From contig NMRA01000192.1 of assembly GCA_002633005.1 (NCBI GenBank), forward strand, positions 354,982-408,123: DNA of 53,142 nt, written 5' to 3'. Below, piece after piece: positions 40,359 through 50,706 of this stretch. Each line of letters begins with the position of its first letter. Position 1 is the stretch's first letter. A program made the position numbers and the translations under genes. This DNA is from Phoronis australis (taxonomy: Eukaryota; Animalia; Phoronida). The notes beneath the pieces were generated by a model that saw only the letters and a program-made list of their open reading frames with translations, was not told the DNA's origin and did not search any database.

Positions 40359-42571
40359 CCCTGCCTCCCACACTATCATGGCAAATAAAACTAATGAGTA
40401 TTCACGACAAGAAGGAATTAATTTCAAGAACGATATTTTCCAAAAGCAAGGTGAGCCCCTCACCTTGGCTATGTTCAATTTTGTGTCGACTATACAGTTT
40501 ATGTCGATCGTATTCGATCGCTAAAACACGACAAACGTTCGACTTAACTCGTAATAATATGGCAGCCTCTTCATTTCTAGCAAAATACGTTTAGTTATTT
40601 ATACTGTAAAGATTTCCAGGGAACTACTTTCACGTTACTGTTGTACGAAAAGTACGTGTATTGAAGTATTACTCTTAACGTTTCTTTTGATAAATGGAAA
40701 TGAATTGTTTTATCATGTCATAGTGCTGTCCTGTCGTAGCGGTGACGACATCTTGTGTCCTAATAACTGTTGACAAAACTGCAGGTGACAAAATGTATAT
40801 CATAATTATGATTTGCGTAGCTTGTACTAGAAACTTAGCAATAATAATTTCCAAATGTAACTGATAAAGGAAAACAAGTTTGGGATATATTTCAAATTTA
40901 TTTGAAGTACAAATATAAGTCTGAGAAATACATATAACAACATTTAACAACCAAAATATATTCGTCTCAAAATCGTTCCATAAAATGGCTCGGTATACGC
41001 TTATCACAATGGTGAGACGGAGAAAAATAGTTTCGCAAAATATTGCGATCGGTGCAAAGATCCACAAAACATATTGCGAAGTCTTCTTTACGCACATGAA
41101 TTCCTACGCAGAGATTAGACTGATCCCGAATTTTGTATAAATTTCCTGCGCTATTTGTAACACGGCCTCGTTAGTTTGCAAATTGCGCTAAACATATTAC
41201 TAAATGTGACGAGAAACTAAACAATTCTTTTAATCACTTGTGCCGTAAAACAGTGAGAACTTTGCCCCTTGAAGTTGTTTCCCAAACAGAGCACATGCCG
41301 ATGTCCAATTTAACAATAAATCGCATACCTTAGCGGGATGGCAGGTACCTATAGACCACCTGCCGCGCTACACAATAGGAGGTTAAAGTCTGAGAATGTC
41401 CCTCTGCTGGGAAAGAGACAAAGCCATTATGATAATTGCAGTTGTTTGTAGGTCTTTGCAGCGAAGTTAGTTTGCTCATTTACGCAACGTGTCACGCATC
41501 AAACATATATGCATACCACAGTTCAACAAAATACGACTGGAACTCTTCCTACCCTTAGGATTGTCAGGTCGGTCCCCTGTTGTAATAAATTCGCTTTGAC
41601 AAATAATGGACACGTTTCAGTCGTTGTTTGTGAAAAATGCTAACCCGGGCAGTGCTACATTTCAAAAGTACGCCCTGTGTTCAAGTTAGGCGATGACACA
41701 ATAATGCGACTAATGGTCGTAATTAATTGCTTTCAACACAGTGAAACCTATCGCCTACGTGAAGAGAGACACCGTTGACACTGTGAGAAGATATGCGGAG
41801 TGGAATGTGATAGCTAAACTGTAATCGAAATCATAAGTTTTCATCTGGACCATTTATCACTGTTTCAACATATTCAAAGCATTCACAGCATAAGTTCAAA
41901 ACAAATTTTGATTCAGTATCATTGCCTGAGGTAGTTTATCTCAAGCATATTGTAAGAAACAAATAATGTTTGAGTATCAATTTACACATTATATCCATCT
42001 ACAGAAGGTAGTGGTGGTCTCTACTTTGAATGTATAATGTAAGACGGAGTGTACTTTCTAGATGATTCAGTCAGTAAGAAGTTCCCTTAAAATGTTTGAT
42101 AGATATCTGTTTGGCATCCAAAATAAAAGTTGACAATGATATAACATAAGCGATTGCACACAATTTCTGGCCATTTAAACACAAAAAGTATCTAACGAAG
42201 TGTAACAAACAATGTTCTCTCCCGGAGAATTCAGCGAAATTCATGCGTATTACGTGTACATGTTATCCAAGTAAATCTTCTGCCTCATGAAGAATTTTAA
42301 AGTCATGAAAGTTTCTCAGTGAAATCGGTGACCATCTTGTATTTTCCAGTTCTGTATAGGGGTTGATCCCGAAAGGGCTCACTTCCGAGTTAACACAAAT
42401 ACGCTTCTTGTGGAGCTATTTAGTGCCCCATCAAATGTACCACGTTGCCGTCAATGCAAACTGTGCTTTATTCGTTCGGCGACGAGTTGTGTAGCAGACG
42501 ACGGGGCGCGAAACCGACTTCCGGGTCAGTCAAACCCAGGGCTTTAAATATTACATGACAGAAATATGATG

Positions 42572-43146
42572 TCAAAAGAGCTCAGATCCTTGTCCTCTTG
42601 AATAGTACGGTGAGCCTATGTGAGACGCCATGTGACTTGCAGGGTACTGAGCGATTGCAGGGTGAGAATAAAGATTCGCTCCGGCGGCCATGCTGGCTGT
42701 AGACTGGGACCAGTACTGGGTGGCAGACGAAAATAAACTGGACGGAGACGACGTAATGTGTCCGTGCGCATGCGCGTTCATGAAGTTCAATTTGGCTGTG
42801 TTGTGATAACTGGACATTAAAATGTCTTGCTGATATTTGTAGGCCGCCGGCTCAGTTGTCGACGGTTGCATTGCTTGAGCGAGTCCTGCGAAATCAAATT
42901 TGTAGGCGTATCTCTTGCCGTGTACTTTTGTCATTATATTCTTGTCATAATAGTATCGAAGAGCTCGACTGAGTTTGTCGTAGTTCATGTTCGGTTTTGA
43001 CTTGCGCTCGCCCCACCGCCTCGCTACCTCGTCCGGATCGACAAGTTTGAATTCCCCGTTTGTCCCTTCCCACGTTATACAACTCACATTTTGACTGTCG
43101 GCTAATAACTCGAGAAGAAACTGCCACAACTGGATCTGTCCACTTC
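42572..43146 (-). CDS. ERG: ERG/FLI1/FEV-like gene B terminal exon: ETS domain and C-terminal tail
   Basis: Minus-strand acceptor cattttag|GA AGT GGA CAG ATC CAG TTG TGG; same ERG-subfamily ETS signature; intact to TGA at 42574-42572. Confidence 0.97.
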
Positions 43147-43357
43147 CTAAAATGTATAGAAATTGTTAAAAAAATACTTTGATGACAAAGCGAACCACTA
43201 GCTTCTGAAAGAATAAAGGCTGCTTTTTTATGAAACTGAAATATAAGCAATTGATTTGTTTTGCGCGCAGATCGTCGGAACCAATGGTAAACATTTAACT
43301 TTTCCATTCTAATATTAAATCTGTGAAAACAATAATAAATATAAGCATGCGAACGTT

Positions 43358-43405
43358 TGTTAGAAAATAAATGAAATTAAATGACGCCCCACAACTGGTA
43401 GATTT
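43358..43405 (-). pseudogene. Probable vestigial (decayed) 48-nt pre-ETS exon in the last intron of gene B
   Basis: After acceptor ccacttcag| the phase-1 reading is EIYQLWGVI*FHLFSN, collinear with gene A DPYKLFGPMSSRLSNS. In-frame TAA and no GT at the expected donor position. Confidence 0.55.
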
Positions 43406-43530
43406 CTGAAGTGGTTGGGAAATATCAGAATACACAAAATTTGCAAAAACCCTAACATGTTCATTCCCCTTTCACTTTGTATTGGTTAACTTTTTGATAT
43501 TTTGATTTTTTTAATTCATGAATTCCCTAC

Positions 43531-43713
43531 CTTGGGGTCGCCAATAGTTAGCGGCACACATCGCCGCCGGGTCAGCCTTCGAGATTGGTTGTCTCCAGTA
43601 GTTGGTGGGACATACAGTTCCCGGCTCGGCTTTAGTGATGTGTTGTATTGGGCTGTGGCTGTATTGAGGGTATGGGTTGGGTGTGTAGGGTTGTATGGCG
43701 TTGTGCGCGTAGC
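43531..43713 (-). CDS. ERG: Gene B internal exon (183 nt) with an 18-aa tandem repeat
   Basis: ctcgctag|GC TAC...CAA G|gtaggg; open, phase 1-1, Pro/Tyr/Gln-rich; positional equivalent of gene A exon 23832-23918. Confidence 0.85.
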
Positions 43714-44257
43714 CTAGCGAGAGACAAAATTTATTGTTTTGACAAAGGTAGGCCAATCTAAACACGAGGTCCATATGCTAACAAATATAAAAAATCTTTA
43801 AAATCCGTAGTGTCAAATGTTAAATTAAATATGGATGTTGACTTAAAAATATAAAACTACTCTGCACTATTTTGACAGTTTTCACTTCGCCATTCTCAAT
43901 AATTAATAAAAAACTGCAGGTGGTCTGATGTCATTTGCGGTGCATCAGACGTGCGCAGGCCTCATGGTTGGGCCCATTGCACAAAACACCAATAATTGCC
44001 GGATTTACGATTTCTTGATTTTGCATTTGTAGAAGACGAACAACGAAATTCGTTGACAAATAATGCTAATGAAAATAAGTATGAAAATGACAACATGAAT
44101 AATAATAACCACCGTGCTTTATAGTACTAATGATCATCAAGGATGCGAACGGCAGCGGAATTTCTGTTTTTTAAAAACAGCCAAGCAAAAGTAAAATAAA
44201 AATTGCTGAAAGTCTGTTGAACAAACACACATATCAGGTTAAATTTCTTTTACTCAC

Positions 44258-44314
44258 TTGGGTTTGTTGGGGTTGTCTGTGAGGTCCACGAAGCTTTCTC
44301 GTATAACGCAGGGT
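44258..44314 (-). CDS. ERG: Gene B internal exon (57 nt)
   Basis: cattgcag|AC CCT...CCA A|gtgagt; DPALYEKASWTSQTTPTNP; same size and phase as gene A exon 19871-19927. Confidence 0.85.
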
Positions 44315-44957
44315 CTGCAATGAATTACAACATTGGTCTGACACTGCAGAACGAAATGAAATTAATTTCGTAAATATTTAGCTTCCTTTTCTCCACTTTT
44401 AAGAAAAAAGAGAGAAAAAGAGAACGTTGCAAACTCAACCCACCGTGGCTTTTGTTACTATGATAACGCGTCACGTGATATCATTTGTGTTTGCCTGATA
44501 TATGTTTTCGTAGACTATGTCAGCAGCTAAGATCTTGTCTCTGAGGCGTTGCTAATTATCGTGTCGATAACAATTCCGTTGTGTCGTTTTTGCATATTTT
44601 AACTTTATATTCTTATATTTCGGAGAACAAAAGTTGAAAGTCAAATCGTTTTTCAATAACAATAACAATTGTTAAGAGCAATTCTAACGCATTTCTCAAA
44701 CTATTAGACCTTCGTTATTAATAAGACACAGCGTAAACTGCATGTGAGACGTAAAATAGTTGTGACAATTGTAACTTCAACCGATAAAATATTTTCCTTC
44801 CAACATAGAATGACACTGCTTATTGTTTGCACTTATTTTTCATTTGCTACGTTATTCCTTTCGCTAATACCTTTAACTTACACAGAAGTGTTCTTTTATC
44901 AAACCGGTCTGAGAACTGACAAGAAATTCGTTAATTATAACGATTAATTCATCGTAC

Positions 44958-45033
44958 CTGAAAACATCATGCCGGGCAGACCTCCGAAGGCACAAGCCCG
45001 ATAATAATCTTGCTGTTGTTTAATCCCTTGCAT
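44958..45033 (-). CDS. ERG: Gene B first coding exon (PNT-less form)
   Basis: ATG at 45033; MQGIKQQQDYYRACAFGGLPGMMFS then G|gtacga phase-1 donor. Similar to gene A 19480-19585; CCAAT cluster upstream. Confidence 0.8.
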
Positions 45034-45168
45034 GATAGACCATAAATGGTTTTTAAGTCTCGAGTCAAGCCACAGTGATTTGTTTTGAATACGTTCCTTG
45101 CTGATCCCATGTCGTTTTATATATGTCAATGATTATCAATGATCGATAAAACAAGAATACTTCTTGAA

Positions 45169-45209
45169 CCAATCAGCAGACAAATTAGCCAATGACGATT
45201 TCCGATTGG
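45169..45209 (-). promoter_or_regulatory. Candidate promoter of gene B (three CCAAT boxes)
   Basis: CCAAT at 45169 and 45189, ATTGG at 45205 (+ strand), 135-175 nt upstream of ATG 45033. Confidence 0.55.
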
Positions 45210-48200
45210 CTGATGGACTCGTGTTAATACTAGTTGGCAATAATGACGAAAGTCTGAAGATAGCGGGGCACGTGTTGGCAAACCGCTGCCTAACGCCGCT
45301 TGTTTTGTAGCACGAATCGCCGACTAAACCTTAATAAAGGATTTTTTAAGTCTCTAATTTGCTTTAGATGTTACATTGGCATTTTTGACGTGTTTTATTG
45401 AAGAAACCATGGAGTCGCGTTATGAGGTCGACCTCTGCGACCGTCGTTTTGTCAGCGATCACGCGCCTAACAAAGCTGTTGGTCGCTGACAAAGTGATAT
45501 GAATATTTCTGGCGGTAATGAGGCGCAAAGCAAATATCAGTGCGATTAAAAAACTAAAACAAAGTGGTCGTCATTGCTCGTGTGTATTTTGATAAAAACT
45601 TTATATATCCAGGGATTACGGATAATTGACAACTTCGCTACCGGCTATCGTTTTTCTCGGGGTAGAAGGCAAATATGAGTAATGCGCACTTCCAATCAAT
45701 TAAATGTTTGCTTAATTTAAAAAGAGATTTAAATATGGCCAAACGACCAAACGTGTTACCATTAAAAAGCGAACACACAACGATGTGGTTATTTTCGGAA
45801 TTCATCTTATCGGATTTTTCGACATTATAAAAAATCGCAGCTAAGAACGACAATGCAAGAACTCATACATTCATTACAGCCATGATTTTATATTAGTCTC
45901 TCCAATGTACACAGAAATAATATTCACCAATTCTTGTAAAAGAGAAGCGTCGAGTTTAGCACCGTTTATGTTGAAAACACTTGAGACAAATTTAACACAC
46001 ACCAAACGAGACGAAGAATCGTTTTAATTAGTTCTCTTTTAACATAGAATCGCAGATTGTTTTAAAGTCAACAAAAAGTATTTGCAATTATACATGTAAG
46101 TATGGTGACATCCAAAATTCGCAGACAAGTCCAGTCGTGTCAAAATATATGAAAACCGACGTTTGGTACATGTAATGCAAAGAGACCTACATACATGTGC
46201 GCCTAATGTACGAAAATTTACAGGTAATCTTGTGCAAGTGCTAAATAATTCAACTGCAGGGTGTTGTTTTGTGTAAGGTAAAAGCCCTTTGGTCAAAGTT
46301 GCTTAGTTTAAAATGGTCTCATGTTCAGTCGTCTATCTTGATGGTAGCTAGGCCAGTCTGTTAATGACAAAAGTTAAGATAAGGATAATTCACAACCGGG
46401 TACGATTTGGCCGTCCGACATCCTGGAATGGTAATTGCTTTCTTTGCCTTTGCTTGCAAAATGAACATTTTGTAATTTGTTTTTCGTAAAACTGGAAAGA
46501 CATAGTTGGTGTTCAAACATCGTCACGTCCTCACTATAGCAACACACGTGCAAAGTATTTGTGAATTAAAAATAAAACTTTGTGCTTCTTGCATACAATA
46601 ACAAACAATTGGCAACATCTCGACAGATCGAAACACGTTTAAGCAAAATACACAGTGCAATAAAGGTACCTATTGTTGGATGCACATACTCTACTTTTCG
46701 ACTTTTTATTTTGTTCACCAGTATTTTTGCGATATTCATTTGAATCCTGAATTGTGTTAATAGAAGTTCTGCCGACAGTGTATAATTTTCCACTAATTAA
46801 AGTTTCTCAGGTTCGTCGAAAAGCAAAATGCACAATCAATGATTGTCATTTAATAGTTTAATTGTTTAGTAAATGGCGAAATAAATACAAGTCACCTTCA
46901 TCTTGTTTAACGGTAGCAAACGGTCATGTTTACAAAATTATACGGGGGCAAGGAACACACGTTGCGCCTTTTTGACAAGCTTGTGTGTATACAACTCGTA
47001 CTATAACAGAGACGATTCTGATCATAAAAGAGGAAGGTTAGAATGAATAAAATCGACATGTTACATTAGAATTTCCTGGGAAATCATTTCCAATGTAAAC
47101 ACGCCTTGGCTTGGCAAATATAAAGACTGGTTGATCAACAGTCAGACTATCGGAAAATCGAAGCGTATTGTAGGAATTCAACGTGGCGAAGTGCATTCGG
47201 GCTCGCAAAAACAAACTCTTAACAACCTCGGGAGGGAAGCCAGCCCTTATGGTTATGGGAAGCTTAGTATCCGAGGACTGGAAATGCGTAATTGTTTTAA
47301 GAGTCCTTGACGTAGTGTAAGGCCTCCGAGCAATGAAAGACGTTAAGCGCTGAACAGCATTGCCAACATTTCATTTCAGATGTGAAAACCTTACGGTATA
47401 TATCGAGCGAAAATACTTTACCGGCGAATGTTCAACTCAAATCATTGTTTTGACGAAGTCATCTTTTGTAAAACAGTAATCCAAGTAATTATTACTACTT
47501 TTTAGTACCAATGTATAAAAATTATTGAAAACTGAGAACATTAAAAATGTCTGCTTCAATTCCTCTGGGTAATTAGTTTGCATGGGCAATGTTTCCTTCC
47601 TCTTTGGTTTGTTCGCCGGCAGTGCAAACACGAATCAGTTCCTTTGATTATTAACCTGGCCAGTACGTGCCTTGAGTAGCGCGAACAGATGAAATATTAG
47701 GCCCATCACTTAACGCCACGATAACCCTCTAATTAAGAACGCTCAGTGCATCACCTGTGAGGCACCCGACCACGATAACTACCACCCTTCAAGACTTCTC
47801 CTTTTGTCGTTGAGGATTATTGAGGAGTCTTTCTGAGACGTGTCTGTCCGGGTAGTCGACGACCAATCGTACAAAGCTAAGACGGTACTGAAATCTTAAT
47901 TACCCCATTACGTAATCCACCTTGTCTTTGGATGTGTCGGGCGCATTGAGTTACGTATGCTATTTATAATAATAAAATTTGAGGCAATTAATAGCATTGG
48001 AAATTTCAATTGCGCTTCGATTTCTACAGCAGATACACATGCACGATGAAATGATAGCGCAGGTGGGAACCTTAATGATAAATATGAGTAAAAGTGACAG
48101 GGAAAATGTTGAAAGTGATGACGATATGACGATGGTTTCATTGGTCATAAGTGGTAATCATGACAAGTATCAGTAAAGTGGCTCTAGTGTTGATTATTTT

Positions 48201-50465
48201 TGTGCAACCAAAGTTTACAAAATATCAATATTAACAGCAACATTAACAGAAACAATAATGATATTGACAATGATAATGATAACAATTTATAATGATAACA
48301 GTACTGCCAATGGCGATAATGATTAATGATTTTGTTACATAGTGTCTCATCATTAGTTTTGATATTACTACCATCTCTGCCTTAATCCTATATCACTATT
48401 AAAACAAATATTTAAATAATAATTTGATTTTCTTGATGAGTCGCTTTAAACCAATAGCTCATCACCTACGTACATTGTACATGGACATTCCAGTTGTATG
48501 ATCAAGCATCCATTTAATCTTTATTTGTTGACAACAGTAGCTAGCTTCGAACCAACATGGCAATTTTTGCAGTTGTGATCATTAAAATTCCAGGAAAATC
48601 ACTTTCCTAACATTTATTGCAGTTTATTTACTGATTAAACAAAGCGATTTAGTTTAAAAACGGAAAACGTAACTAAGATCATTTTTGACACGTGGCAAAA
48701 AGGGTAAATTACACTGTTTGCAAACCTTGAATTATAAAACGTGCAAAACAAAAAAATGATAAGTGAAATAAAAAGCCTCATACATTAGCAAGACACTGGG
48801 CACATATCCGTTTCTTGTAATTAAAGAAGGATAAAGCTGACTTTTTACACGCCAATGGATATAAAGGAGAAACGAAGGAAACTAGTCCCTAATAAATCAC
48901 AACGCGCAGAAATGCTCATCCGCCACCAGTTTCTACAAGAACAGACGTGGGAAGGTTTGAATAGAACTCTGAAGTTCATAAATAGAGGCAGGAGTCCGAC
49001 ACAACGACCAGTTATTCTCCGTATGCCAATAAAATAGAAGAGGAAGTCAAATAAAAAGAGTGCGCACGTTAGGTCGACTTAGAATAAATACTGCGAGTGT
49101 AATGCTCGATTTAATGCAATCTTCGACACGCGACGATAAATCCGAAACATCACTTCGCCCATTGATTGGTAGCTACGAATTACGAGCGATCTCTTCTGAC
49201 AAGCGAACATTTCTATTGAGAGGCTTTGTAGTGTGATTTCTTTCTGCGAAGATCGGTAACAGTGCAATTAATTTTCAAATAAGTTTGCCGGTTAATACAC
49301 ACGGTACTATTCAGTTGACAGCTAAGGATTCCGTTGATACCTTTCAGTGTCTGAATGACAACTGAATTTTTCTACATTGCATGCGATCAAAAGTTGTTAC
49401 GCAATACATTGTACAGGTGAATCCGTAGATATCCACGTATGTCAACCCAACCTGCGCAAGTACATGTAGTCACATTGTGTCGCGACTGCAATGTCGCAAT
49501 AAATGACCAAATGACCACTAGTTTATTGTATTGTAAGCAAAGAATATATCGCACTCTTCAAAAGTTCTGCTCAGCTGTAAATTCGTGCTGAAACATTTCA
49601 GTCGAAAAGTGATTTGTTTTCGTCTTTTCGATGGTCTTAATAAATAGTTGACAATATGGCGAAAATGACCTCTAGTTAAACTGCATTGAAATAAAACAAA
49701 TGAGACTGCTGACTTCGGAAAAGCCAAATTTTCGAGGACGGATCGACGGACAATGCTCATAGGAGTAAATATGCATTTTTGTTACATGCATTCAGTTATC
49801 TTTTAGATAAATAAACACCTGTTTTAGTTTTTCATTTAAAGTTTTAACCGATAAAAATAAAAACAAATGAATCAAAGCCACGTTTCCATGAGCTCGTGCG
49901 CTACAAAAATAATTTGTTTGAAACATAACCACTGCTGTGTTTAGACGTGACAACAGCTCGGCTCTAGTTGTCATTACAGACCTCGATTTAAAACAATGTC
50001 GCGAAGATTAAGTCTGTGTACATTGTCATGGGGTTGTCCTATGTGCTTTGGCAAGTTGTGCTGAAATCAAAACCTCAATGTCATTTCTTCATTTTAAGGT
50101 GCACGTGATGTTTTTGAAACTGTCTAAAAAGTGTCTAAGGTAAAGTGCTGTTGGATTTCAAAATAGTTAACAAAAATCAATAAATTTACATAAAACAATG
50201 ATCAGCGTCGTTCATATAAGCATTGTGGCAAAATTGAAGACTATACAGCGTTGAAATACTATTTATATTCGTACACCAAAATTTAAAGGCTAGTAATTGG
50301 GAATAAGTTTTGATTAAACTGTGTTTCGTTAAAATTGGTTTCACAAATGTTTTAATTAACATGAAGTTCAATTAACATTGATACAGAAACGCTTTAGCAT
50401 TCAGTAGATGGTGGGTACTATCACTCATTCAGGGTTACGTTCCGTAAACGCAAGCAACTCGTCAG

Positions 50466-50706
50466 GGGCCCGTTCCAAGAAACTGACTTAAGTTCATTCT
50501 TGACTTAAGCCTAAGATTTGTCTTAACTTCCATACTTTGAAACTTCGACATCCGGTAAGATAGTTAAAATTAAGGCAAAACTTTTATCAAATACTTAATT
50601 CAAACTTAAGATCTCTTTCTTGAAAAGGTATCGAGACAAATTATTTTAAAAAATTACTAAAATTTAAGATTTGCCTTAGCTAAATCAGTTTTGTTGGAAC
50701 GGGCCC
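50466..50706. mobile_element. 241-bp MITE, PIF/Harbinger-like
   Basis: TIRs GGGCCCGTTCCAA...TTGGAACGGGCCC, extending imperfectly inward, flanked by a CAG...CAG 3-bp target duplication. One end of the same family is at 403-446. Confidence 0.8.

Noticed and set aside
43178-43204. Possible 27-nt micro-exon EASGSLCHQ in gene B
   Set aside because: It would leave a 31-nt downstream intron with a weak donor, which is implausibly short.
42945-43307. 120-aa ORF overlapping the gene B ETS exon
   Set aside because: Alternative frame of the real exon extended into intron; no independent support.
47755-47887. GC-richer minus-strand segment with an acceptor-like site
   Set aside because: Stops in all frames before a phase-compatible donor.
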